Below are positions 22,300 to 33,764 of a DNA stretch of 64,000 bases, piece after piece. Numbering within the stretch: position 1 is the first letter of the stretch; each line of letters begins with the position of its first letter. The notes beneath the pieces were generated by a model. That model saw only the letters and a program-made list of their open reading frames with translations. It did not search any database and had not been told where the DNA came from. The translations under genes were made by a program, and so were the position numbers. Source of the DNA: Thecamonas trahens ATCC 50062 (taxonomy: Eukaryota; Protista; Apusomonadida); assembly GCF_000142905.1 (NCBI RefSeq), contig NW_013657642.1:193851-257850 (forward strand), in the 5' to 3' direction.

Positions 22300-23899
22300 C
22301 TATGCTTTCGACTTGGACTTGACCTCGGCGACAAAGCCAGAGTTGATGGCAGCGGCAGCAGCAGCGGCGTGCGGCGGGAGCTTGGGCAGGGCGCGATGGC
22401 TCTTGCTGCGCGACGACTTGCGTGATGTATGCGAGACTCGTGCCGTAGACGCCGCGCCACTTGATGACTTGGCCGTGATGGACGGGCCTGTCTCGTCCAA
22501 GCTGCCTGTTGGCTTGCTGTGGCCATCCGCCCCGCCCTCGTCTGCCGACGACTCACCGTACGAGTAGTACGAGTACCCGTCGTTGTCCTCCTCGTCAGAC
22601 CGTGAGAGCGAGGCCGAGATCGAGGACGAGAACACACCCGCCAGCGAGTCTGACCACGAGCCCTCGGAGAGCGAGGCCGAGATGGAGACTGAGGGTGTCG
22701 AGACCCCTGATCGCGACTGCGAGCGCGAATGGCGGCGGCGGCGACGGCGTGAGAGGCGCTCCTTCACCGACAGCGAGCCATCTGCGCCGGCCGCAGACTC
22801 ATTTCTGCCGCCGCCAGTCGGGTCTCCGGCTGGGACGCTTGCAGCTTGCTTGGCCTTCATCTTCTGGGCGAGCTCGTACTGCTGCTGCACCTGCATCTGG
22901 TGCTGCAACAGCTGCAGGCGCTGGAGCTGGTGCAGCGAGTGCAGCTTGTGCAGCTCCAGAATCTGCTCGGGGGTGTACGACGTGGCGGCGGCGCCGGGCT
23001 TTGTCTCGGTGGCGGCGCCGACGCGGAGGCCCGACTCATCCATCTGCAGCTGGAAGCCTGGAATGTCCATGGGGAGCGAAAACGAGGAGAAGACCTGCTG
23101 CGGATTGACAGTCGAGCTTGAGGGCGGCGAGGTGGGCGATGCGGCGCCCATCGGGGCTAGACTCCGGTCAGCGGCGGCATGCTCGACAAGGAGGTAAAGT
23201 CCATCATCTGAATCAGGTCTGTGGCGGGCGTTGTCGGAAGATTGCTTGTTGGTGGCTTAGTAGAGAGCTGCGGGAAGGGCGGAAGGTGGGCAAAGTACGT
23301 GGCCGGGTCCATCATGCCGCCATCGTCGAGCAGCGGATCGTCACCAGCAGAGGCTGGACAGTTGGCGGGGTGGAGCCCTTGCCCGACGACATGGCCCGGT
23401 CCACCGAGGTAGTCGAGGCCAGAGAGTGCGGAGTCGTGGGGGAGCACGGCTCCGGCGAGACTGACGCGTACGGAGTCGTCCGCTCGCCGCCGACGCCGCT
23501 GACGCTGCCGACGCCGCCCGCCATTCCGAGCATGTTGGTACTTGGGTCCATCCGCAGCGAGTCCAAGGTGATCGAGTCTGCAGCAGATCCGCCACCAAGG
23601 CGCTCGATGCGAGCATTTGCGGCAGCGAGGGCCGACTCGAGCTCCTTGATGCGGCTCGACTGCTCCTCGACCGTGTCGATGGCGGTGGAGACGATGACCT
23701 TGACGGTCTCCTTGGGATGCAAACCAAGGACCGATCCCAGAGTGTTGAACAGCTCCTTCATTTGTGCACGGAGCTTCTTTGAGCGAAGTCGCTGTTGCTC
23801 CGTCCCGCCCTTGCTTCCACTTCCACTATGGTTTGTCCGCCCAGCACGACGGGTCGACGACGAGGACTTGCGCTTGCGCGAGTGCGCCTGCAACGACAT
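22300..23899 (-). CDS. bHLH-ZIP-like transcription factor; exon structure or frameshifts unresolved
   Basis: NLS RKRK; EQQRLRSKKLRAQMKELFNTLGSVL...VKVIVSTAIDTVEEQSSRIKELESAL. Continues through two further frames into a Gln-rich ORF (22300..23151). Confidence 0.5.
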
Positions 23900-24467
23900 G
23901 GTGCGTGGCGTAGACAGCGAGAGTCCAGAGAGTGCTTGAAGCCTTTGTTCTCCTCCGGTGGCCTTACCTACTTTGCTGCTTGTCCTTTCCACCCAAGCCC
24001 TTTTTCTTGCGTCAGGTGTGTCTCTCTCTGCCTCTGGATGTGTGTGACTTGTTGTTGAGCCCCACGTGCCGTCGCTGTCTGCGTTGCGCAACGCGTGCCC
24101 AATTGGCGTGTTCCACCACCATGGCATTGGGTCAAAGTAGACAGCGGTATATGTGGCGATGGGGGGGGAAGGGGGGGGGGAGAAGGGACAAGACAAGCTT
24201 CGATCACTCTGTGTCTGGTGTGTACGTATGGCCTTGCGGTCGTATCATCGGCTGCGATGGGCTGGCGATGGGATATTGAAGTGGTACGCAAGGGTGGTAG
24301 GTACTTGGCCAGTGACACGCCACACAGGCATGAGCGTATGAAGGCTATAGCTTTGAGCACGGCTACGTTGCAGATGTCTAGCTGCGTACACAGATGGACA
24401 TGGTTCTCCTCTCCCACTCCATCAATATCATCACTATCATGCCGATGACTCAGGCTTTGCAGATCTT

Positions 24468-25412
24468 TTAGAACTGGAGAGCGGCGCCCTTAACCTTCTT
24501 CTCACCGCCGAGCTCGAACTTCTTGCAGCGCTTGAGGACCTTCATGTGGCGTGCCTTGCACTTGGTGCACTCCAGACGGAGGGTGATCTTCTTGGTGGTC
24601 TTGGCCTGTGTGTGTGTGTGTGGAGAGGGGGGGGGGTTGTCGGGGAGGTAAAGTTGTGAGTCACAGCAGGGGAGGGGAGGGGAGGGGCATGACCACGGTA
24701 ACTACCACCATGGAGCAACATGTGCATGGCGTCGAGTGTGTGTGTCTGAAGCACAGCAGCGGTCATTCGGGGATGCGAGGTGGCGGGCGGGGGAGGGGGG
24801 CTGTGTGTGATCGGACACACGATGGCGGGAGGAGGACGAGGTGGCGGAGGGGGAGAGGATAGGGGGGAAGGGGGGGGGAGGAGGAGGGAGAAAGAGAGGG
24901 AAGTAGAGAATGATGGGGGTATTCAGGGAAGGCAGAGGAAGGGGTGGGGGGACAAGGCAGAGGAAGGGGGGGGGGAACGAGGGGGGGATGTGGTGGTTGT
25001 GCGGACGTACGTTCTTGTGGAAAATGGGCTTGGTCTGGCCACCGAAGCCCTTCTGCTTGCGGTCGTAACGGCGCTTGCCCTGGGCAAAGATGGAGGCCTT
25101 GCCGGTCTTGTACTGGGTGACCTTGTGCAGCTGGTGCTTCTTGCACGCCGCGGCACGGCAGTAGGTGTTGCTGTCCATCCAAGGGGGGTACAAGGGGGTG
25201 AGTCTCTGCTGCGTCTGGCTCCATCTCATACAAAACGCACTGAAAATAGGCGAGGGACGGCAGTGCTATCCAAGACCAGGACACACACTCACACCACACC
25301 ACGCCATGCCCGTATGGATGTAGTACATGCTCTCCACCTAGTAACAACCCTCTCTCTCCAGCATCTCCTTCCTCAGCCTGGTCACCTACCGAGTCTTGGG
25401 CACGTTCACCAT
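24468..25412 (-). CDS. RPL36A: 60S ribosomal protein eL42 (L36a/L44); join(24468..24605,25011..25170,25390..25412)
   Basis: MVNVPKTR|NTYC...[37 protein letters not shown]|[16 protein letters not shown]...[10 protein letters not shown], with GT-AG introns. Confidence 0.97.
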
Positions 25413-25696
25413 GTTGGAGACAGTGAGTTGTGTGATTGATGCCGAGCCGAATCGAGTTCCGTCGACCACTCACCAAACCATGATGCCGCCGCGAGTCCAT
25501 TTCATTCATTCCTTCATTCATTCCCAACCTCTCGGCTGAGGCCAAAGGGCCAAAACAGGCAGAGCGCCTGTTGTGGCTCTTTGGCCTCTGACGGACGATT
25601 GGCAATGAGCCCTCCATCGATGGGTAAGAGGCTGCCGATGAAAGGGTGGGAAGAGTCGTGGTGTAGATGCAGCTGTGTGTGGTAGTTGAGGAGCTT

Positions 25697-26497
25697 TTAG
25701 CTCGCGGCGGCGGCGTCCGAGTCGAGGGCGGAGAGACGGAGCGGCTCGGATGAGGCGGCATCGCGGCGGGTAGATGCGGGAGAGTTGCGGGTGGCGACGA
25801 GGGCGGCGGCGCGAGGGGCGGGGCGGGCGGCAGGTGGCGGGGAGGCCACTTTGCGGATGGGTGAGGTCGACGGTGAGAAGATGAGCGGGACCGGGCGGCG
25901 GGAGGCGGAGGGAGGGCGCGAGCCCATAGAAGCAGCCAGGCCACGCGGAGCCGGGCACCTTGCCGGAGTGGTAGCGGCGGAGAAGGAGACGTGGGCGCGG
26001 CGCGGTTGTGGGCGCCAGAAGGCGGCCGGATCGGCGTCGCTCGAGTCATCGAGTAGATCCGAGTCGCGGGCAGGCTTGCGGGAGCGAAGACCGACGGCCA
26101 TCCGGTCAAAGTGCTGCTCCTGCTTGCGGGCGAGGGTGCGGAGGCGGACAGGCGAGGCGTCGGCCAGCTCTTCTGCCTCAACGTAGGCCTCGAGCAGCGA
26201 GAGGCGGGCGGCGGACTCTTCGCGGACAGCGGCCTCGCCATCGACATTGACGCGGTCTCCCGCCCGACGCGGACGCGGACGGAGTGAGCGCTCCAGAAGC
26301 GAGTCTAGCTCGCTGTGGTCATGATAGCTCCCGTTCGGCTGAGTCTGGACCGCTGTCTCGCCCTCTACAATGCGGCGATCATAGCTCAGCCCCGCAGGTG
26401 TGCGGGCCGGCCAACGGCCCGACGGCGTGCGGCTTGGGCGGCCACTACCAGCCGTGATATCAAACTCGAGCTCGACAAGCAGCTCTTCGGCGTCCAT
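25697..26497 (-). CDS. Hypothetical protein
   Basis: 266-aa ATG ORF with coding-like codon use, head-to-head with CEP19. Confidence 0.55.
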   Translation of the reverse strand: MDAEELLVELEFDITAGSGRPSRTPSGRWPARTPAGLSYDRRIVEGETAVQTQPNGSYHDHSELDSLLERSLRPRPRRAGDRVNVDGEAAVREESAARLSLLEAYVEAEELADASPVRLRTLARKQEQHFDRMAVGLRSRKPARDSDLLDDSSDADPAAFWRPQPRRAHVSFSAATTPARCPAPRGLAASMGSRPPSASRRPVPLIFSPSTSPIRKVASPPPAARPAPRAAALVATRNSPASTRRDAASSEPLRLSALDSDAAAAS

Positions 26498-26822
26498 GTC
26501 TGTTGGAGACGGGAGAGCAAGCAGCAGGGCTCGGTATGTCCTGGGTTGTCTGCTACGAGTGGGTCGAGTGTGGGTTTGGGGTGGGCAGTGGCCGGTGGCC
26601 GGTGGCCGGTGGCCGGTGGGCGGGCGGTGGGCGGGCGGGTGGTGAGTGACTGGCGAGTTGGCGCGGGAGTGGCAGCCGGCAAGGGGCCGAGGGCGGAGGG
26701 GCGGAGGGGAAAGAGGGGGGAGGGATTGGCGGTGAGCTGGTCACCTCACTTGCAGCTGCGGGAGGAAGAGAACGAGGAGAGGCAGAGGAAGAGCAAAGGA
26801 GGAGGGAGGAGTTGGAAAGACG

Positions 26823-27788
26823 ATGCTGCGGCCACTGAGGTTTGCGGTCAAGTACCAGCCGCCGGTTATTGTCATGGAGTACGAGCGGCCAGGTGGGGCC
26901 AATGGTGGACGACTCCGTCGGCGGAAGATGCCTGTGCGTGGCGTAGATGAGGATGGTGCCGACCCGTATACCCTCACACGCCGCCTCTTTGATGCCCATC
27001 CGCGCCATCTCTCGCCGCAGTGGGTCAAGTTTGAGCAGGTGGAGAACCTTGTCTCGCGCATCCTCGCCGCGCCCCGTCATGAGCCGGCGGCCGAAGCTGG
27101 GCCGGAGGTCGAGGCTGGGGCCAAGGCTGAGCTAGAGCCGCAGCCACAGCCATCAGCCGGCCAAGCCGGGGTCAACTACAACGTGCTTGATGATGATGCG
27201 CTGCAGGAGGTCAAGGCCGGGATGGAGGCCGAGTTTGAGGCCAAGCGGCTCAAGCCGGGCGATCCGGGCTTTGAGTACGATGTGCGGGCCGAGTTTGACG
27301 AGGCTGACGAGCCGTGTGAGTGGGACGATCTGCTCGGCGAGGACGAGCCAGAGGCGGAGACCGAGGCGGAGCTGCAGCCGCAGCCATCGGCCAGTCAAGC
27401 CGGGGTCAACTACAACGTGCTTGATGATGATGCGCTGCAGGAGGTCAAAGCCGGGATGGAGGCCGAGTTTGAGGCCAAGCGGCTCAAGCCGGGCGATCCG
27501 GGCTTTGAGTACGATGTGCGGGCCGAGTTTGACGAGGCTGATGAGCCGTGTGAGTGGGACGATCTGCTCGGCGAGGACGAGCCAGAGGCGGAGGTGGATG
27601 CGGAGCAAGAGGCGACAACTTCCTCCAGGGCCGCTCAGCCCATCAAGTATGAAGCCGAAGAGTTTGAGGCTGATTCCTCCTCGTCGTCGTCTAGCGACTC
27701 AGACGCGGACTCGTCGTCGGCGTCCGAGATCGAGTCCATCCCCGAAGAGCTGTACTCGTACGATGACGACGGTGGCGTGCTATTCTGA
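26823..27788 (+). CDS. CEP19: Centrosomal protein CEP19 with duplicated C-terminal module
   Basis: FAVKYQPPVIVMEY...RRRKMPVR, then NYNVLDDDALQEVKAGMEAEFEAKRLKPGDPGFEYDVRAEF...CEWD present twice. Confidence 0.85.
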   Translation: MLRPLRFAVKYQPPVIVMEYERPGGANGGRLRRRKMPVRGVDEDGADPYTLTRRLFDAHPRHLSPQWVKFEQVENLVSRILAAPRHEPAAEAGPEVEAGAKAELEPQPQPSAGQAGVNYNVLDDDALQEVKAGMEAEFEAKRLKPGDPGFEYDVRAEFDEADEPCEWDDLLGEDEPEAETEAELQPQPSASQAGVNYNVLDDDALQEVKAGMEAEFEAKRLKPGDPGFEYDVRAEFDEADEPCEWDDLLGEDEPEAEVDAEQEATTSSRAAQPIKYEAEEFEADSSSSSSSDSDADSSSASEIESIPEELYSYDDDGGVLF

Positions 27789-27887
27789 CCACTGCCTCCC
27801 CGGCTAAAGAACTAAGAAAAGCAAAGGACACCATCATGTCTTCATTGTTGTCACCAACAAGGACAGCCAAGTGGTGTGGGTAGGCGC

Positions 27888-28700
<813 letters not shown>

Positions 28701-28884
28701 TTATGCATTCCCAGTCGTTCCTTCCATTGCGACACGTTTTTTGGATGCGGCCTTCCATTCCTTCGCAGCGTCGCAATCGAGCGCTCGCTTGGGAGGGTAC
28801 ACACACACTGTCGCAAACGACTGCCCGCGCGACCTCCTGGCAGCCGCGCGACCTTTTGGCGGTCGCCTGCCACAGGCCCCGGCT

Positions 28885-30249
28885 TCACTTGCTACTGCCA
28901 GAGCTCGCAACCTGCTTGAACATCTTGATGCTCTTGTCGGCCTCGACAGTGATGAGGCGGGTGCCCGAGAGGTCAAAAGTGGCGTCAAGGATGGCGGCCT
29001 CGGACTCGAGGGATCCCGGCTGGAGCGGGGTGCGGAGGTGCTGGTAGGCCGTGCCCGAGCCGTAGTCCCAGAACGTCAGTGCACCGCCCTCGCCGCCCGA
29101 GACCATGACGCCGTCGTCGTTGATAGCCAGCGTGTGGATGGTGCCCTCGTGCTCGCGGAGCGTCTGCATCAGCTGGCCCTTGGGACAGGCAAACTTCTTG
29201 ATCGAGCCGGCCGAGGCCGAGACAAAAGCGTATTCGGCCGGCGCGTGCGCCAACGCACGCACGGCCTTCTTGTGGTGGGTGAGCGTAACTGCAGAGCTCA
29301 TGTTCCGCAGGTCCCACAGCCGCACCATCGAGTCGGCAGAGCCCGACACAATCTGCGGCTCGGCGGCAGAGCCGAGCAGCGAGAACACAGCGCCCTCGTG
29401 GCCGGCAAGAACCCCAATGGCGTTGCGCGACCGCACATCCCACACACGCACGTCGCGATCGCGCCCGCCGGTAAACAGCACGTCTAGCTCCGGATGCAGC
29501 GCGAGGGCGTACACTCCGCCGCGGTGGCCAAAGTACGACCGCGTCACCTGGTTCGTCTCCAGGTCCCAGCACTTGATGAGCTTGTCCTTGCTTGCAGAGA
29601 AGAGGAACGGGTGGCGCGCGTCAAACTGCAGCGCCGTCACGGCAGACAGGTGGCCCGTCAGCGTCAGCTCCAGCCCGCCGTCAGCGGCGTCCCAGATCTT
29701 GATTGAGCAGTCGGCAGAGCCTGTGGCAAACCACTGGTTCGTCGGGTCCATGGCCACAGACTCGACCCACCCGGCGTGCCCGGCAATGACCCGATACAGC
29801 TTCCAATCCGCATGGCTCTTCACCTCGGCCTGCGCGAGCGCCTCTGCCCCGCGGGCAGTTGCAACCGCAAGCGCACGTGCAGACGACGACCGCATCGCCT
29901 CCACCGCTGCATCCTGCGGCGCTCCCACAGCGCCAGGCTCTGTCCCGCGCCGCGCCTGTCCGCCCCCGCTCTCCACCTCCATCGCCACCACCGCCATGCT
30001 CGTCCCAGCGCTGCTCTTGCCATCGCTCCTGCTCTTGGCACTCTTACTCTTGCCGCCAGCATCCTCACCCTGCTGGCTGCTCGACACAGGATACACCGCC
30101 CGCGCACGAACCCGTCGCCCGTACCCAGCCAACTCGTTGTTCTCGCCGCCAACGCCGCTCGCCCACGCCTCGCCAAACAGCTCCGCCGTCCGCGCCTTGG
30201 AGTGGGCGCTCAGCTCTTCAAGCGTCCGCACACCACCTTCTGCCGCCAT
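28885..30249 (-). CDS. PLRG1: Pre-mRNA splicing WD40 protein PLRG1/Prp46
   Basis: [14 protein letters not shown]...[10 protein letters not shown]; [11 protein letters not shown]; [11 protein letters not shown]; EADKSIKM. Confidence 0.93.
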   Translation of the reverse strand: MAAEGGVRTLEELSAHSKARTAELFGEAWASGVGGENNELAGYGRRVRARAVYPVSSSQQGEDAGGKSKSAKSRSDGKSSAGTSMAVVAMEVESGGGQARRGTEPGAVGAPQDAAVEAMRSSSARALAVATARGAEALAQAEVKSHADWKLYRVIAGHAGWVESVAMDPTNQWFATGSADCSIKIWDAADGGLELTLTGHLSAVTALQFDARHPFLFSASKDKLIKCWDLETNQVTRSYFGHRGGVYALALHPELDVLFTGGRDRDVRVWDVRSRNAIGVLAGHEGAVFSLLGSAAEPQIVSGSADSMVRLWDLRNMSSAVTLTHHKKAVRALAHAPAEYAFVSASAGSIKKFACPKGQLMQTLREHEGTIHTLAINDDGVMVSGGEGGALTFWDYGSGTAYQHLRTPLQPGSLESEAAILDATFDLSGTRLITVEADKSIKMFKQVASSGSSK

Positions 30250-30499
30250 CTCGCTCGCTATCCGCTTCAGCCCAAAGAGCAAGCGAGGTGGATGACTCCT
30301 TCCGCCCCCCCCCCCCGCCCCTTCGGTGAGGGGTTCGCCTTGGCCACCACCAACGAGCTCAGGATGAATCGCTTGGTCGACCGCCCATTCGCGCGAGCTC
30401 AATTTGTGTTTTTCACTTTGGCCAAGAGTCGCCCCTTTGGCGCAAGGGACAATGGACAGTCCCATTCGAAGACTCAGCCACCTCACACCTCTATTCATC

Positions 30500-31225
30500 A
30501 TGTCCAAGTCGAAGAAGGGCGCCGAGACCGCCGAGGTCCGCAAGATCCGCATCACTCTCTCCTCGCGTGACGTCAAGGCTGTCGAGAACGGTACGCCTAG
30601 TCTTGTGCTTGCCCCCTTCCCCTCCCTGCCTCGTACTGTGCTGCATTCCCTTCCCCCACCCTGGCTGTGATGGCCCGCGTACGGGCGGCTGGCAGAAAAA
30701 TATGCTTCCTCCCTCGGTTCTACTCGCCTCCCCTACGCGCCACACCGCGTGCCTGCAACCGACACTCTGCAAACCTATGCTCTAGGTGTGTATACTTCAT
30801 CCCTCCTGCTCTGGTGCCTGGCCCCGTCCCCTACTGCCCTTCCCTGGCCCCGCTGTCGCATCGGTGTCTGTGTGATGGCCGCCAATTGTTTGACACTCGC
30901 CAAAGCAGGCCGACGCCGACTCACCCCCCCCCCCCTCCCTCCCCTGGACACACACCGGCTATCGACTGGAATAGTCTCGTCGGAGCTCATCCGCAACGCC
31001 AAGGCTGAGCAGCTCAAGGTCCGCGGCCCGCGCCGTATGCCGACCAAGGTCCTCCGCATCACCACCCGCAAGTCGCCGTGCGGTAACGGTACCAACACCT
31101 GGGACAAGTTCGAGATGCGGATCCACAAGCGTGTCATCGACCTGCACTCGCCGTCGGACATTGTCCGCCAGATCACCTCCATCTCCATCGAGCCCGGAGT
31201 CGAGGTTGAGGTCTCGCTCATCTGA
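30500..31225 (+). CDS. RPS20: 40S ribosomal protein uS10 (S20); join(30500..30590,30975..31225)
   Basis: KIRITLSS; [42 protein letters not shown]; gtacgc...tag intron. Confidence 0.97.
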
Positions 31226-31442
31226 GCCAGCTAAACACAAAGAACCCGTCTGCCATCTCCCCTGTTTACCCGTCCCCCTCCTGCCCCCTCCGGCCTCTGC
31301 CCGCACTCTGCTCGCCCTCCTCCCCCCCCCCCTCGCCTCCCCCCTACCTCCCCCTGCCCCACTTGCCCCACGCCACCTCTCCTCCACCCTCCCCTCCCAT
31401 CCCCTCCTCCCAACTCCAACTCCGACCACCACCTGCCACCAC

Positions 31443-31928
31443 ATGGCCTCCTCTTCGCCTCTCCCGCTCCCGCTCTCCCACGCAGACATTGTCGCTGACA
31501 TCGCAGCCTTGGAAGCTGCGCTCGACGCTGACGCCGCAGCCTCGCGCCACACCAGCCACACGCCGGCCTCTCCAACCTCACCAACCGCGCCAACCTCGCC
31601 AACCGCGCCAACCTCGCCATCGAATCCACATTCCCCGCTGCCTCTTACTGCTGAAGACTATGACACGGCCGTGACAGAGCTCCATGCTCTTGCCGCGCGT
31701 CTCGACGCGCTTCGCGACGCCAACGGGTTGGACGACCCGGACGCGCCCGAGCACGCCTACGAGCTCTCCAAGGCCGTCGTCTCGGCACATCACTGGCTTG
31801 CCCGCCTCCATGCTGCTGCAGCTGCCCTCGGCTCGGACGTTGCCGAGCTCGGTCCTGATCTGGCTGCGCTCGCCGCCCGCGCCGCTGCGCACATGCGGAC
31901 CGGCGGCCCCACCGCCAGCACGCCGTAA
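31443..31928 (+). CDS. Small helical hypothetical protein
   Basis: ATG ORF with GC3-rich codons, SPT repeats and amphipathic helices. Confidence 0.55.
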   Translation: MASSSPLPLPLSHADIVADIAALEAALDADAAASRHTSHTPASPTSPTAPTSPTAPTSPSNPHSPLPLTAEDYDTAVTELHALAARLDALRDANGLDDPDAPEHAYELSKAVVSAHHWLARLHAAAAALGSDVAELGPDLAALAARAAAHMRTGGPTASTP

Positions 31929-31945
31929 CCATCCGCTCGCCTGCT

Positions 31946-32404
31946 TTACTCGCTCGCGCCCAATTCGGCAATCAAAGGACCTTCCTCCCCGTCCTGGCTC
32001 GTCACCGCCGCAGGATGCTCCGGCTGCAGCGGGACGGCCTGCATGCCCGACGCCAACACGGCCTCCGGCGCGCCGTCAAAGACGCCCACTCCGAGATCTA
32101 GCTCGATGTGCTGCCTGTCCTCGCCCTCGCCGCCTTGACTCCCCTCGTCGTTATTGTCGTCGTTGATCTCCATCGACGCCGCCCCGGGCGGCAGCTGCGC
32201 CAGCACCTCGTTGGCCGCACGCATCGTCGGCAGAAACGCTGCAGCCCGCGCCAACAGCGGCGACGGCCCCATCCGATGGATGTCAGGCTTGCTCATCGGG
32301 CCACCGCTCGCCGGCCCGCCGCCCGTCGTGCTCGGCTCGATCACCAGCATGTCTGCTACTCCCCCCGTCACCCCGCCCCCAGTAACACAGTCCGACGCCA
32401 TCAC
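31946..32404 (-). CDS. NOPCHAP1/C12orf45 (DUF4598)-like; 5' end possibly in the gap
   Basis: SPLLARAAAFLPTMRAANEVL...MEI...HIELDLGVGVFD...LIAEL. Confidence 0.75.
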   Translation of the reverse strand: MMASDCVTGGGVTGGVADMLVIEPSTTGGGPASGGPMSKPDIHRMGPSPLLARAAAFLPTMRAANEVLAQLPPGAASMEINDDNNDEGSQGGEGEDRQHIELDLGVGVFDGAPEAVLASGMQAVPLQPEHPAAVTSQDGEEGPLIAELGASE

Positions 32405-32458
32405 TCTGCATCAGTACAGCTACCGCCTCCGCCTCCGCCCTGCCCCTCCCACCCCCCA

Positions 32459-32694
32459 NNNNNNNNNNNNNNNNNNNNNNNNNNNNNNNNNNNNNNNNNN
32501 NNNNNNNNNNNNNNNNNNNNNNNNNNNNNNNNNNNNNNNNNNNNNNNNNNNNNNNNNNNNNNNNNNNNNNNNNNNNNNNNNNNNNNNNNNNNNNNNNNNN
32601 NNNNNNNNNNNNNNNNNNNNNNNNNNNNNNNNNNNNNNNNNNNNNNNNNNNNNNNNNNNNNNNNNNNNNNNNNNNNNNNNNNNNNNNNNNNNNN
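32459..32694. other. Assembly gap
   Basis: Run of N. Confidence 1.
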
Positions 32695-33319
32695 ACCCCC
32701 CCACCCCCCTCACTCCCTGCCAGCCATCACACCACAATCTTCCCCACCCCCCCACCCACCCCCGCCATCATGCCACCTCCTCACCTGGCCCTTCCCTGCC
32801 ACACTATGCACATACTAAGACTGTTCTCTTGCACCTCAAGGAACTCGGGCCCGCCCTCTGTTGTGCCCATGCCCGTCATGTTCGAGTTGGCCATGACCAG
32901 GTCTCGCGAGTCGGGTGGCTCCGGTCGGGACCGGGTCACAATCGCCTTGGCCCACCACCAGCACCAAACCTTTAGCGGTACGGTCGTTCGGACGCGTTGT
33001 CGCGCGTCTCAACGTGAGCAACCCGATGATGCTTGACTTCCAGGTCACCGGCCGACGCTGCGCGACGCTTGCTTGGCCTGCGGCTTGACGTGGGAGGCGC
33101 GCCCGCACGTGATGGCCGACACGTAGACGCCCGCCTGAAGGATGCCCGAGTTGCCGTCGCGGTGACGGACGCCTGGGAGCATGGGCGAGGCGCGCGAGGT
33201 GCCGTACGGCGCCGCTCCTCCGGATCGGCGGGCGCGGACGGTGCGGAGCTTGTTGTTGACGACCCCGACAACCGGGAAGGAGAGCATCACAGGGTTGACC
33301 ACAGCGGCCGGACGGGAGA

Positions 33320-33560
33320 GCGCGAGGATGTCTTGCGATGGACGAGCTTGCCGGTCAAGTCCGCGCCGTCGCGCAAGCGGAAGCGACCCTCTGCAGCGGT
33401 TGCTCGTCAACACCACTTTCCCAACAAGCCGCCGTGCGACGCGACTGCCTCGCCTGCCGGAAGCTTCATGGCAAGCGATCACGGCTGCGGACCTTTTGCA
33501 CCGCGTGCAGCGTCCATCTCTGCATCGCCGACTGTGTTCTGTTGTGGCAGCCAATAACAC
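33320..33560 (+). mobile_element. Degenerate piggyBac-like transposase C-terminal Cys-rich domain
   Basis: RKRKR...HHFP, frameshifted into RRDCLACRKLHGKRSRLRTFCTACSVHLCIADC (CxxC...CxxC..LC...C). Confidence 0.55.
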
Positions 33561-33764
33561 ACTTGTTTCAGGAGCTACTCTTTTACAACAATCCATGGAC
33601 GTTGCGACGTCTCTGGAGCGTCGCGGAGCGCGGCTTGCGCGATGCCCATATTTGTCCAAGGGCCAAGAGTCATCAGTCAACGACCCCCCCCCCCCACACC
33701 ACACACACAAATACACTCGCGCTAGCTCATCGTGCTACGTAGCGACCGTGCGCGCAATGCTTCA

